Assembly: GCA_965237415.1 (NCBI GenBank)
Contig: CBDEFM010000002.1
Span: forward strand, 864,001-928,000
Source of the DNA: Alphaproteobacteria bacterium
GTDB taxonomy: Bacteria > Pseudomonadota > Alphaproteobacteria > UBA828
Direction: 5' to 3'
Length of the DNA: 64,000 nucleotides
Shown: positions 28,996 to 39,812 of the stretch, in pieces
Layout: each line of letters starts with the position of its first letter
Position numbering within the stretch: the stretch's first letter is position 1
Notes under the pieces: model-generated
Told to the model about the DNA's origin: nothing
The model's input: the letters and a program-made list of their open reading frames with translations, nothing else
Database searches by the model: none
Translations under genes and position numbers: made by a program

Positions 28996-30750
28996 TCAAC
29001 CCTCGTCGGGCACGTCCTTCTCTTCCGCCGCACGCGCGGCCTCTTCCTGGGTCTTGCGATCGAGCGCGGCGCCGAGGATGTCGCCGAGGCTGGCGCCACT
29101 GTCGGTCGAGCCGTATTCGTCCATCGCCTGCTTCTCTTCCTGCACCTCAAGAGCCTTGATGGAGAGCGAGACGCGGCGGTTGTTGCGGTCGATCTGCAAC
29201 AGCTTGGCGTCCACCTTGTCGCCCGGCGCGAAACGCGTGGGGCGCTGCTCGTCGCGGTCGCGGGCGAGATCGGAGCGCTTGATGTCGCCGGGGACCGAAC
29301 CGAATATCTCGACCTCGACGCTGTGGTCATGCACCGCCGTGACGGTGCATGTCACCGTCTGGCCGCGGCGGCCTTCCGCACCCTGGAATGGATCGTCGTC
29401 GAGCTGCTTCAGGCCGAGGCCGATCCGCTCCTTCTCGACGTCGATCGTCAGCACTTTGGCCTTGACCTCGTCGCCCTTGCGGAACTTCTTCAGGGCCTCC
29501 TCGCCGGGCGTCAGCCAGTCCAGATCGGAGAGGTGCGCCATACCGTAAATCTCGCCAAGCAGCTCGACGAACAGGCCGAACTCGGTGATGTTCTTGATCT
29601 CGCCCTCGACGATCGAGCCCTCCGGATGAGAGTCGGCGAAGACGATCCAGGGGTTGTCCAGGCACTGCTTGAGCCCGAGGCTCACGCGCCGCTTCTCAGG
29701 ATCGACATCGAGCACCATCACCTCGACTTCCTGACTGGTCGAGATGATCTTGCCCGGATGAACGTTCTTCTTGGTCCAGCTCATCTCGGAGACATGGACC
29801 AGGCCTTCCACTCCCGGCTCGAGCTCCACGAACGCGCCGTAATCGGTGATGTTCGTCACCCGGCCGGTGAACTTCGTCCTGACCGGGTACTTCGCCTCGA
29901 CGCCCTCCCACGGATCGGCCTCGAGTTGTTTCATGCCGAGCGAGATACGCTGCGTCTCGGGGTTGAAGCGGATGACCTGGACGTTGACCGTCTGCCCGAT
30001 CTGCAGGGCGTCGGCTGGATGGTTGACGCGCCGCCACGAGATGTCGGTGACGTGCAGCAATCCGTCGACTCCGCCCAGATCGACGAAGGCGCCGTAGTCG
30101 GTAATATTCTTGACCACGCCTTCGAGCACCTGCCCTTCGTGCAGGTTGGCGATCAGCTCGTTGCGTTGCTCGGCACGGGTATCTTCCAGAACGGCACGGC
30201 GGGAGACGACGATGTTGCCGCGGCGGCGATCCATCTTGAGGATTTGGAACGGCTGATCCGTACCCACCAGGGGCGCGATGTCGCGCACCGGCCGAATATC
30301 GACCTGGCTTCCGGGCAGGAACGCCACGGCCCCGTCGAGATCGACCGTGAAACCGCCCTTGACCCGGCCGAAGATGACGCCGGAGACCCGCTCGCCATCC
30401 TTGTAGGCCTGCTCGAGCTTTTCCCACGCTTCTTCACGGCGCGCGCGTTCGCGGCTGAGCGAGGCCTCACCGCGCGTTGTCTCGAAGCGCTCGATATAGA
30501 CCTCGACTTCGTCGCCGACCTTGACTTCGGCCGCTTGCCCGGGGGCGGCGAATTCCTTGAGCGGCACGCGGCCCTCGACCTTGAGCCCGACATCGATCAG
30601 AGCGGCGTCGTTCTCGATCGCGAGAACGGTGCCCTTGACGACGCCTCCCTCGAAGCGCGGCGTGTCGTCGAGGAACTTATTGAGCATGTCGGAGAAATTC
30701 TCCTTTGCGGGGGTCGCCTGCTCAGTCGCTTGTGTGGTCTCGGCCGTCAT
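28996..30750 (-). CDS. rpsA: 30S ribosomal protein S1
   Basis: Repeated S1 domains (DYGAFVDLGG, ISLGMKQ). Confidence 0.98.
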   Translation of the reverse strand: MTAETTQATEQATPAKENFSDMLNKFLDDTPRFEGGVVKGTVLAIENDAALIDVGLKVEGRVPLKEFAAPGQAAEVKVGDEVEVYIERFETTRGEASLSRERARREEAWEKLEQAYKDGERVSGVIFGRVKGGFTVDLDGAVAFLPGSQVDIRPVRDIAPLVGTDQPFQILKMDRRRGNIVVSRRAVLEDTRAEQRNELIANLHEGQVLEGVVKNITDYGAFVDLGGVDGLLHVTDISWRRVNHPADALQIGQTVNVQVIRFNPETQRISLGMKQLEADPWEGVEAKYPVRTKFTGRVTNITDYGAFVELEPGVEGLVHVSEMSWTKKNVHPGKIISTSQEVEVMVLDVDPEKRRVSLGLKQCLDNPWIVFADSHPEGSIVEGEIKNITEFGLFVELLGEIYGMAHLSDLDWLTPGEEALKKFRKGDEVKAKVLTIDVEKERIGLGLKQLDDDPFQGAEGRRGQTVTCTVTAVHDHSVEVEIFGSVPGDIKRSDLARDRDEQRPTRFAPGDKVDAKLLQIDRNNRRVSLSIKALEVQEEKQAMDEYGSTDSGASLGDILGAALDRKTQEEAARAAEEKDVPDEG

Positions 30751-30858
30751 CTGATCTCCAGCATTGTCGGTGGGCGCCTTGGCGCAAGGCTTGATCGGCG
30801 CGCGCCGCGGTCTGTGTTGGGTGAACGCGTCCCGCGGTGCGGGTCTCGATACCCGTTT

Positions 30859-31530
30859 CTACGCGGACGAAAAACGCGCGTCGACGATGGCCACTGCCCT
30901 ATCGAACACCTCATCGGGTCCGAGGGCACTGGTATCGATCCGACATGCGTCTGCCGCCGGCTTCAACGGTGCGGCGCTGCGCCGACGGTCGCGGGCGTCG
31001 CGGGCGATTAATTCATCCAAAACGCTGGATTCTATACTCTCCACACCGCGTGACCGCAACTCACAAAGGCGGCGGGCGGCCCGCACTTCGGCGGTTGCCT
31101 CCAGATAGAATTTCACCTGTGCATCCGGGCATACGACCGTGCCGATATCCCGCCCGTCGAGCACGGCGCCCGGCGGACGCGCTGCGAACACACGTTGATA
31201 GTCGAGCAAGGCCTGGCGCACCGCACCGTGAGTGGCCACCAACGAGGCCGCCTGTCCAACCTCCTCGTCGCGGAGAGCCAGGTCGCTGAGGTCAGCGTCG
31301 GTGATCCCGTTTGCCGCGGCCGCGGCCTCAGCCTCCCCCGCCGGTTTGCCGCTCGCCCGCAACACGCGAAGCGCCGTCGCACGGTAGAGCGAGCCGGTAT
31401 CGAGATGCCGGAGACCGTAGTGTGCCGCGAGGCGGCGTGCGAGGGTTCCCTTGCCAGCCGCCGCCGGCCCGTCCACCGCGATGACCAGCGGCGCCGGCTC
31501 AGCGCGCGGCAATCGAGGCTCCCAGACCAT
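30859..31530 (-). CDS. cmk: Cytidylate kinase
   Basis: IAVDGPAAAGKGT, LDTGSLYR, DGRDIGTVV; start codon uncertain. Confidence 0.93.
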   Translation of the reverse strand: MVWEPRLPRAEPAPLVIAVDGPAAAGKGTLARRLAAHYGLRHLDTGSLYRATALRVLRASGKPAGEAEAAAAANGITDADLSDLALRDEEVGQAASLVATHGAVRQALLDYQRVFAARPPGAVLDGRDIGTVVCPDAQVKFYLEATAEVRAARRLCELRSRGVESIESSVLDELIARDARDRRRSAAPLKPAADACRIDTSALGPDEVFDRAVAIVDARFSSA

Positions 31531-32872
31531 TCATGTCGGCGACGAAGCTTGGATAGCTCGTGCCGATCATCGATCCGTCATCGACAGTCAAGGGCTTCTC
31601 GCTCGCCATGCCGAGAGTGAGGAAAGCCATGGCGATGCGGTGGTCGAACTCGGTCGCAACCAGCCCGCCGCCCGGAGGCGGGCCGCCGCGACCCACGATA
31701 TCGAGCCCGTCGTCCCGTTCCGTCATCGTCACGCCTGCCGCGCGAAGGCCGGCGGCGGTCGCGCCCAGCCTGTCGCTCTCCTTGACCCTGAGCTCGGCGA
31801 GGCCGTTGAGCCGCGTGGTGCCCTCGGCACACGCGGCGATGACGCTCAGAATCGGATATTCGTCGATCATGCGCGGTGCCCGCTCGGCGGGCACCTCTAC
31901 CCCGCGCAACCGACCGGCCTGCACCGCGATATCGGCTACCGGCTCGCCTGCCTGCTCGCGCAGAGAGCCCATATCGATCATTGCGCCCATGTCACGCAGA
32001 GTCTCCAACAGGCCGATCCTGCCGGGATTGACACCCACATTTCGGATCACGATGTCGGAGCCCGGCACGATCAACGCGGCGGCGAGCGGAAAGGCCGCGG
32101 CGCTCGGGTCACCCGGCACCGTGAGCGTGCAGGGTTCAAGCTCCGGATATCCGGCAACGGAAATCGCGCTGCCTCCGTCCGAGTCCGTCTCGACGCTGAC
32201 CCGCGCGCCGAAGAGGCGCAGCAGACGCTCGGTGTGATCTCGACTGGGCGCGGGCTCGACCACACGGGTTTCCCCGGGCGCGTTGAGGCCGGCGAGCAGC
32301 ACCGCCGACTTCACCTGCGCCGAGGGCATCGGCAGCCGATACTCGATCGGCAACGGATGGTCAGCGCCGATCAGCGCGAACGGCAACCGGCCGCCGCTGC
32401 GTGCCACAAACTGCGCGCCCATCCGCTCCAGCGGTTCGATGATCCGCCCCATCGGCCGCCGTCGCAGCGAGCGATCGCCGGTCATGAAGGTAGTGAACCC
32501 GTGGCTCGCGCAGATCCCCGCAAGCAGGCGCACCGCCGTCCCCGAATTGCCGAGGTCGAGCGCCGCGCCGGGCTCGGCCAACCCGCCGACGCCGCCGCCA
32601 TACACGCGCCAGCTTCCGTCATCGGTCCGCTCAATGGTCGCCCCAAGCGCACGGAGCGCAGCTGCCGTCGCGGCCACGTCCTCGCCCTCCAGCAGGCCGC
32701 TGACACAGGTCTCCCCCACCGCGAGCGCGCCGAGCATTAGCACGCGGTGAGAGATGGACTTGTCGCCAGGCACGGCGCACGTTCCCCTCAAGGGGCCGGC
32801 AGCCGACGAGATCAGGGGGTGCGGCACGTGCTCTCCGGCGCAATCCTCGCGGCGCGCGCGTGGCGTGGACAT
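31499..32872 (-). CDS. aroA: EPSP synthase
   Basis: PGDKSISHR, GNSGT, SAQVKS, RDHTE, KESDR, DHRIAM. Confidence 0.97.
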   Translation of the reverse strand: MSTPRARREDCAGEHVPHPLISSAAGPLRGTCAVPGDKSISHRVLMLGALAVGETCVSGLLEGEDVAATAAALRALGATIERTDDGSWRVYGGGVGGLAEPGAALDLGNSGTAVRLLAGICASHGFTTFMTGDRSLRRRPMGRIIEPLERMGAQFVARSGGRLPFALIGADHPLPIEYRLPMPSAQVKSAVLLAGLNAPGETRVVEPAPSRDHTERLLRLFGARVSVETDSDGGSAISVAGYPELEPCTLTVPGDPSAAAFPLAAALIVPGSDIVIRNVGVNPGRIGLLETLRDMGAMIDMGSLREQAGEPVADIAVQAGRLRGVEVPAERAPRMIDEYPILSVIAACAEGTTRLNGLAELRVKESDRLGATAAGLRAAGVTMTERDDGLDIVGRGGPPPGGGLVATEFDHRIAMAFLTLGMASEKPLTVDDGSMIGTSYPSFVADMNGLGASIAAR

Positions 32873-33011
32873 GGCGTCGGACACACCACGTCTCTAGCAC
32901 AGCGGAAGGCAGCGTCAAGCGGCGCAAATTCGATGTCACTAGCACATGATGTGTCCGGTTTAGGTAGCACACGAGTTGTCCGGTTTGGTCTCTCCGTGGG
33001 GAGGGACCCTG

Positions 33012-34196
33012 ATGAGCCGGACGACGTTGCTACAGGAACGCAGGATGCAGACGTTTCAGAATGTGCTGGGGCACTGGCAGGCACGGCGCCTGTCTGCGCT
33101 GGAGGCGGCGGAGATGCTGGGGATGAGCGAGCGGAGCTTCCGCCGCTACCGGCGCCGCTACGAGGACGATGGCCTGGACGGATTGTTCGACCGAAGGCTC
33201 GACAAGGCGTCCGCGCGCCGCGTGCCGGCCGACCGGATCGAATGGGTGCTCGAGCAGTACCGAACCCGCCATACGGGCTGGACGGTCAAGCACTTCCACG
33301 ACCATCTCTGCGCCCACCATGGCTTCGCCTGGAGCTACACCTGGACCAAGACCGCCTTGCAGCGCGCAGGCTTGGTGTCCAAGGCACCCAGGCGCGGCGC
33401 CCACCGTCGCCGGCGCCCGCGCAAGCCCTGCGTCGGCATGATGGTCCACCAGGACGGCTCACGCCATGAGTGGCTGGCCGGCCAGGCGGCGTGCGACCTG
33501 ATCGTCACCATGGACGACGCCACCAGCGAGATCTATTCGGCCTTCCTGGTCGAGGAGGAAGGCACCGCGTCCACCTTCCGGGCGCTGAAGCAGGTGTTCT
33601 GCGACAAGGGGATGCCCAGCAGCCTCTACACCGACCGTGGCAGCCACTACTTCCACACCCCCGAGGCAGGCGGCAAGGTCGCCAAGGATCGACACACCCA
33701 GGTCGGCCGCGCCCTCCATCAGCTCGGCATCGAGCACATCGCTGCCTATTCGCCCGAGGCCCGCGGCCGCTCCGAGCGCGCCTTCGGCACCCTCCAGGAC
33801 CGCCTCGTCAAGGAACTGGCGCTGGCGGGGATCGCGACGGTCGAAGCCGCCGACCGCTTCATCGCAGACACCTACCTGCCCGACCACAATCGCCGCTTCG
33901 CCACCCCGCCCGAGCTCGACGACAGCGCCTTCGTGCCCCTCGTCCGCCCCGACCAGGTCGACGACATCCTCTGCCTGCACACAGAGCGCACAGTCGCCCG
34001 CGACAACACCGTGCGCTACGAAAGGCGCGTCCTCCAGATCCCCGCCACCCCAGCCAGACACCACTACGTCAAGGCCAGGGTCCGGGTCCACGAGTATCCG
34101 GACGGAACCCTCGCCCTCTTCCACGGGCCCCGACGCCTCGCCCGCTACACCGCCAACGGCGAGCCCATCGAAACCCCAACCCGGCAGGCCGCGTGA
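33012..34196 (+). CDS. DDE transposase (394 aa)
   Basis: HQDGSRHEW, DDATS, YTDRGS, GRSERAFGTLQDRL. Confidence 0.92.
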   Translation: MSRTTLLQERRMQTFQNVLGHWQARRLSALEAAEMLGMSERSFRRYRRRYEDDGLDGLFDRRLDKASARRVPADRIEWVLEQYRTRHTGWTVKHFHDHLCAHHGFAWSYTWTKTALQRAGLVSKAPRRGAHRRRRPRKPCVGMMVHQDGSRHEWLAGQAACDLIVTMDDATSEIYSAFLVEEEGTASTFRALKQVFCDKGMPSSLYTDRGSHYFHTPEAGGKVAKDRHTQVGRALHQLGIEHIAAYSPEARGRSERAFGTLQDRLVKELALAGIATVEAADRFIADTYLPDHNRRFATPPELDDSAFVPLVRPDQVDDILCLHTERTVARDNTVRYERRVLQIPATPARHHYVKARVRVHEYPDGTLALFHGPRRLARYTANGEPIETPTRQAA

Positions 34197-34328
34197 GACG
34201 CTTCGACGCGACCGGCCGGCGCCCTGTGGACAAGTGGACAGCCGCTCCGCGCCTGACCACTTCCCCACAGGGCCACAACAACAGAAGCGGACAAATGATG
34301 TGCTACCAAAACCGGACAAATACACTTG

Positions 34329-34461
34329 CTAGTCACCTGAATCTGAAGTTCACCACATAAAGCTAACTATGTTGAACGACTAAATGCTTCGACAATAGAG
34401 CGACTTAGTGTGGCAGCACTGCTAATCTATAATGATCTCAACTTCAGTGCCAGATGACTAG
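34329..34461 (+). mobile_element. 133-bp MITE (type A), CTAG at both ends, containing a dif-like site
   Basis: ~21-bp imperfect TIRs TAGTCACCTGAATCTGAAGTT / AACTTCAGTGCCAGATGACTA; near-identical inverted copy at 63713-63845. Confidence 0.85.
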
Positions 34462-34466
34462 CGACA

Positions 34467-35827
34467 CTGATTGTTTCCCATGAGCCGCCGCCAGGTCTTG
34501 CTGGCGGTGGTGATCAGCTTGAAGACCATGGCCAGGTCTTGCTGGCGGTGGTGATCAGCTTGAAGACCATGGCCAGAGTTGTCCCGTGAGACAAGCAGCC
34601 CTTGGTGCGCACGGTGCGGTGGCGGACGGTAGCGAAGACGCTTTCGATTGGATTGGTCGTCCTGATATGCCGCCAGTGCTCGGCCGGGAAGTCGTAGAAG
34701 GCCAGCAAGGCGTCGCGGTCCTTTGTCAAGCAGGCGACGGCTTGGGGGTATGTGGCGTCGTACTTGGCGGCGAAAGTATTCATCGCCCTCTCGGCCTCGG
34801 CGCGGCCATCCGCCATCCAGATATCATGCAGGGCAGCTTCGGCGGCCGTTTGTCGCGACTTCGGCAGCTTGTTCAAGACATTGGCTGTCTTGTGGACCCA
34901 GCAGCGCTGGCGGCGGGTGTCGGGAAAGATCTCCTCCAGCGCCTTCCAGAAGCCCAGAGCGCCATCGCCGATGGCGAGCTCGGGACCAATCGTGAGCCCG
35001 CGCCCGCGCAGGCATGCCAGCAACTCACGCCAGCTCTGGGCGCTCTCGCGCACCCCCGCCTGGAAGCCCACGAGTTCCTTGCGTCCCTCCGGCGTGGCGC
35101 CGATGAGGACCAGAATGCATTGCTTCTCGTCCTCCAGCCGACCCTGGAGATGGATGCCATCGGCCCACATGTAGACGTAGCGTCGGGCCGACAGGTCGCG
35201 CCGGCACCAGCGCTCGTGCTCGGCCTCCCACTCCGCCTTCAGGCGGCCGATCACCTGCGCCGACAAGCCAGAGGCGTCCTTGCCGAGCAACGCCTCCAGC
35301 GCCTCCTGGAAGTCCCCGCTGGACACGCCACGAAGGTAGAGCGTCGGCAAAACCGCATCCAGCGACCGCGTCCGCCGCGCGAAACGGGGCAGAATGGCCG
35401 ACGTGAAACGGATGCGCTCTCCTCCGACGCTGCCACGGTCCCGGACCTTCGGGCGCCGCACAGACACAGGACCAATGCCAGTCAGGATCGCCCGTTCCGG
35501 CCCGTGGCCATGACCCAGTCAGGATCGCCCGTTCCGGCCCGTGGCCATGACGCACCAGGCGCCGGCGGCCGTCTTCGGTCTTCAGATGTTCATGCGCCGC
35601 CAGCACGGCGGCAACCTCCGCTTCAATGGCCTGTGCCAGGAGCTCGCGAGCTCCGGCGCGGAGTACTTCGGTCAGCGGATCGGCCGTCACCCCTGGATGG
35701 TGCAGCGCGACAACACTATCTTCCGTCATGGCGTATCACTCCTTGCTCGGAGACCGGGAGGCTTCGTCACCCCCCACGATACGTCACCTCCTTCTCTCAG
35801 CCCGTCACCCACTCTCGGCCATAGCTC
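34467..35827 (-). pseudogene. IS256-family element, 3'-truncated, with two frameshifting tandem duplications
   Basis: Near-identical to 38421-39812; extra 41-bp (34490-34571) and 37-bp (35478-35551) tandem repeats. Confidence 0.9.
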
Positions 35828-35859
35828 CGCGCTTCAGGCGAAAAATCCGGCCGCCTCAG

Positions 35860-36357
35860 CTATTCTGCAAGAGGCACGGGCATAAACCAGCTAGCTTTGC
35901 CCGTGAAGCTCCCAACATCTATGTCAAAATTTCCTCGGTAGTGAACGACCCCCTTCCTTACAGCTTTCGAAGTGATTTCACACTCTAGTAGAATATCGTT
36001 TAGTTCAACGATGCGCTTGCGGCACTTCATATGGAAATTTCGAATATAGATCTCTTCTGTCTTCCTTGTCAGTCCGTTGTCGTAGCAGCTATAGATAGTT
36101 GTCAGTTGGGACAACCATATCAGCGCCATGATCGCTGACAAATGGAACTCACCGTCCGAGGGGGGAAAGAAGGAACAGACTCTTACAGAACCCAGCGCCC
36201 TCTTTTCCCCAATCAGGACGTTGGTTAACTCGAAATGATCTTCCTTGTACCCTCCCCCCAAGTACGCAGAACTGCGCGGCCCATAGTCATCTTCCGTTAC
36301 CCTCTTGAGGGAATCCCCGTGCACCATGGTCTCCATTTTTGAGAGATTCATGAACAA
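35860..36357 (-). CDS. AT-rich hypothetical protein, possibly hot-dog fold (FcoT-like)
   Basis: GEFHLSAIMALIWLSQL helix followed by beta-rich C-terminus; composition clearly foreign. Confidence 0.5.
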   Translation of the reverse strand: MFMNLSKMETMVHGDSLKRVTEDDYGPRSSAYLGGGYKEDHFELTNVLIGEKRALGSVRVCSFFPPSDGEFHLSAIMALIWLSQLTTIYSCYDNGLTRKTEEIYIRNFHMKCRKRIVELNDILLECEITSKAVRKGVVHYRGNFDIDVGSFTGKASWFMPVPLAE

Positions 36358-36497
36358 GATCTTGGTACTCTGATCGATATTAAGTTTCCAACTTCATCGC
36401 CCTTCATCCTTCATCGTGGCCGATTCGATCCAGAGGTCTCGGCCAACCATCAAAATTTGAGAGGTCAACCCCACCGAGGTATGGGAGCAGCTGCGGT

Positions 36498-37667
36498 TCA
36501 AGAATCGAGCCGACCGAGGCCCGCTTCGAGGTCGGCGATGAGATCGTCGGGATCCTCGAGCCCGATGTGCATCCGCAGCAGGAACGGCGTTTCCGTCCAG
36601 GGAACGATGGTGCGGGGGATCGGCATTCGATTGTAGGCCACGAGGCTCTCGTATCCGCCCCAGGAGGAGCCGATCCGAAACAGGTCGAATCCGTTCACCA
36701 TGCGCGCGACCGCCGCCTCGTCGGTGGTGTGCATCGCGAGTCCGAACAGGCTCGACGCGCCTCCGAAATCCCGCTTCCACAGCGCATGGCCGGGGTCGCT
36801 CTCCAATGCCGGATAGAGCACCTGCTTCACCTCGGAGCGCGCTTCGAGCCAGCGGGCGACCTTCATCGCCGATGCGGATTGGCGTTCCAGGCGCACCGAC
36901 AGGCTGCGCATGCCACGCAGCGCGAGAAAGCAATCGTCGGGGGAGGCGGAATCTCCGAACGCAAAGGTCTGATCCGCGATCGTCTTGAACAGCTCGTCGG
37001 TCGCGGTGGTGATCATCCCGATCACCAGATCCGAATGTCCCGCAAAGTACTTCGTGCCCGCCTGGATCGAGATGTCGACGCCGTGCTCCAGGGGCCGGAA
37101 GTAAAGTGGTGTCGCCCAGGTATTGTCCATCGCGACCAGTGCGCCGCGTTCGTGGGCGGCCTTTGCGATTGCGGGCACATCCTGCATCTCGAACGTGAGC
37201 GAGCCGGGCGCCTCGGTGTAAACGAGCCGGGTGCTCTCGCGCATTGCCTCCGCGATCCCGGCACCAATCGCGGGATCGTAGAAACTCGTTTCGACCCCGT
37301 AGCGGCAGAGGATCTCGGCGCAGAACCACCGGGTAGGCCCGTACACGGAATCCGGAACGAGCACGTGGTCTCCGGCGCGGACGACGGCGGATACCGCCAT
37401 CGTCACCGCCGAGAGCCCACTGCCGGTCACCACCGTGCGATGCCCGCTCTCGACGGCTGCGACGGCCTCGGCGAGCGCCCGCGAGTTCTGGGTCCCGGTC
37501 GACCCGTAGATGACGTTGTTGAAGCGGTTGTCGCCGTCGAACCGGTGGACATAGCCGTCGAGGTTCTCGGAGAGGATTGTCGACGCCCGATGCACCGGAA
37601 GATTGACCGGGCCCTGCGCACGCACCGGCGCCCGGCCGAGCGCGATGAGCTTCGTATCCTGTTTCAT
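36498..37667 (-). CDS. metC: Cystathionine beta-lyase
   Basis: VNLPVHRASTI, EAPGSLTFEMQD, DNTWATP, QAGTKY.AGHSD, SWGGYESL. Confidence 0.92.
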   Translation of the reverse strand: MKQDTKLIALGRAPVRAQGPVNLPVHRASTILSENLDGYVHRFDGDNRFNNVIYGSTGTQNSRALAEAVAAVESGHRTVVTGSGLSAVTMAVSAVVRAGDHVLVPDSVYGPTRWFCAEILCRYGVETSFYDPAIGAGIAEAMRESTRLVYTEAPGSLTFEMQDVPAIAKAAHERGALVAMDNTWATPLYFRPLEHGVDISIQAGTKYFAGHSDLVIGMITTATDELFKTIADQTFAFGDSASPDDCFLALRGMRSLSVRLERQSASAMKVARWLEARSEVKQVLYPALESDPGHALWKRDFGGASSLFGLAMHTTDEAAVARMVNGFDLFRIGSSWGGYESLVAYNRMPIPRTIVPWTETPFLLRMHIGLEDPDDLIADLEAGLGRLDS

Positions 37668-37680
37668 TTGCCGTCCTGTG

Positions 37681-37952
37681 AGTTATGCCCGATTTTGGGT
37701 GACGGCGTGATCAGGCGGCGGCGCGAGTTTTGGTTTCGTCGATCTGCATACCGTCTTTGAATCTCACCCCTTCGATGACCTTGGGCAACTGATTGTTTCC
37801 CATGAGCCGCCGCCAGGTCTTGCTGGCGGTGGTGATCAGCTTGAAGACCATGGCCAGAGTTGTCCCGTGAGACAAGCAGCCCTTGGTGCGCACGGTGCGG
37901 TGGCGGACGGTAGCGAAGACGCTTTCGATGGGGTTGGTCGTCCTGATACGCC
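37681..37952 (-). mobile_element. IS256 right-end fragment
   Basis: Nearly identical to 38421-38690 including the terminal repeat GAGTTATGCCC. Confidence 0.88.
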
Positions 37953-38357
37953 ACCGTGGGCAGCCGTGGGCTCGCACCGTTGCCGACTTCAACGCGTTCC
38001 GCCATGTGCCGTTTCACCGTTGTAGTTCTGCTGGAACCCTGACCAAGGGTAGAGCGGGTCAGGCAGGCTAAGGCGTTCGCGTTACACTTGCGCGACGGAG
38101 AGGTGCCGCACGTCCGTGTTCGGCCGGCTCAAGGCCAGTGCGACCGCGACCGGCCCCGCGAAACGGTCCAAATTGAACAGTAGTATAACGTAGACGGCAT
38201 GGCCACGATCTAGTTGGATGGTGGAGCGCAGACAAGGCCTGCCACGGACGACCTCTGGTGAGAGAGCGGTTCGTATCCCAGCGCCGACGGAGGTTCGTCC
38301 GCCCGTGCGCCCAGCCGCAGTGCCTCGATCACGGTCGGCGGCGTACGGGCGGCAGTG

Positions 38358-38420
38358 ATTGTACACCCTCATCGGCACCGCCAAATTGAACGACGTCGAC
38401 CCGCAGGCCTGGCTTGCCGA
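38358..38420 (+). pseudogene. IS66 transposase C-terminal remnant
   Basis: LYTLIGTAKLNDVDPQAWLA, cut by IS256. Confidence 0.65.
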
Positions 38421-39812
38421 GAGTTATGCCCGATTTTGGGTGATGGCGTGATCAGGCGGCGGCGCGAGTTTTGGTTTCGTCGATCTGCATACCGTCTTTG
38501 AATCTCACACCTTCGATGACCTTGGGCAACTGATTGTTTCCCATGAGCCGCCGCCAGGTCTTGCTGGCGGTGGTGATCGGCTTGAAGACCATGGCCAGAG
38601 TTGTCCCGTGAGACAAGCAGCCCTTGGTGCGCACGGTGCGGTGGCGGACGGTAGCGAAGACGCTTTCGATTGGATTGGTCGTCCTGATATGCCGCCAGTG
38701 CTCGGCCGGGAAGTCGTAGAAGGCCAGCAAGGCGTCGCGGTCCTTTGTCAAGCAGGCGACGGCTTGGGGGTATGTGGCGTCGTACTTGGCGGCGAAAGTA
38801 TTCATCGCCCTCTCGGCCTCGGCGCGGCCATCCGCCATCCAGATATCATGCAGGGCAGCTTCGGCGGCCGTTTGTCGCGACTTCGGCAGCTTGTTCAAGA
38901 CATTGGCTGTCTTGTGGACCCAGCAGCGCTGGCGGCGGGTGTCGGGAAAGATCTCCTCCAGCGCCTTCCAGAAGCCCAGAGCGCCATCGCCGATGGCGAG
39001 CTCGGGACCAATCGTGAGCCCGCGCCCGCGCAGGCATGCCAGCAACTCACGCCAGCTCTGGGCGCTCTCGCGCACCCCCGCCTGGAAGCCCACGAGTTCC
39101 TTGCGTCCCTCCGGCGTGGCGCCGATGAGGACCAGAATGCATTGCTTCTCGTCCTCCAGCCGACCCTGGAGATGGATGCCATCGGCCCACATGTAGACGT
39201 AGCGTCGGGCCGACAGGTCGCGCCGGCACCAGCGCTCGTGCTCGGCCTCCCACTCCGCCTTCAGGCGGCCGATCACCTGCGCCGACAAGCCAGAGGCGTC
39301 CTTGCCGAGCAACGCCTCCAGCGCCTCCTGGAAGTCCCCGCTGGACACGCCACGAAGGTAGAGCGTCGGCAAAACCGCATCCAGCGACCGCGTCCGCCGC
39401 GCGAAACGGGGCAGAATGGCCGACGTGAAACGGATGCGCTCTCCTCCGACGCTGCCACGGTCCCGGACCTTCGGGCGCCGCACAGACACAGGACCAATGC
39501 CAGTCAGGATCGCCCGTTCCGGCCCGTGGCCATGACGCACCAGGCGCCGGCGGCCGTCTTCGGTCTTCAGATGTTCATGCGCCGCCAGCACGGCGGCAAC
39601 CTCCGCTTCAATGGCCTGTGCCAGGAGCTCGCGAGCTCCGGCGCGGAGTACTTCGGTCAGCGGATCGGCCGTCACCCCTGGATGGTGCAGCGCGACAACA
39701 CTATCTTCCGTCATGGCGTATCACTCCTTGCTTGGAGACCGGGAGGCTTCGTCACCCCCCACGATACGCTACCTCCTTCTCTCAGCCCGTCACCCACTCT
39801 CGGCCATAGCTC
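38421..39812 (-). mobile_element. IS256-family IS, intact (transposase 38452-39714)
   Basis: TIRs GAGTTATGCCCGA / TCGGCCATAGCTC; WADGI, GDGALG, QRCWVHK, RTTNPIES motifs. Confidence 0.93.

Larger units (their letters stand above)
32934..34466 (+). mobile_element. IS1202/IS481-like (ISNCY) element, copy 1; right end interrupted by a MITE
   Basis: Left end TGTCACTAGCAC with internal GTCCGGTTT repeats; right end ...TTGCTAG[MITE]CGACA; no target duplication. Confidence 0.85.

Noticed and set aside
34350-34377. The chromosomal dif site
   Set aside because: Occurs twice inside a mobile repeat and deviates from consensus; reported only as dif-like cargo
34490-35551. Possible CRISPR array from 37-41-bp repeats
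   Set aside because: Head-to-tail duplications of IS256 coding sequence with no spacers and no cas genes
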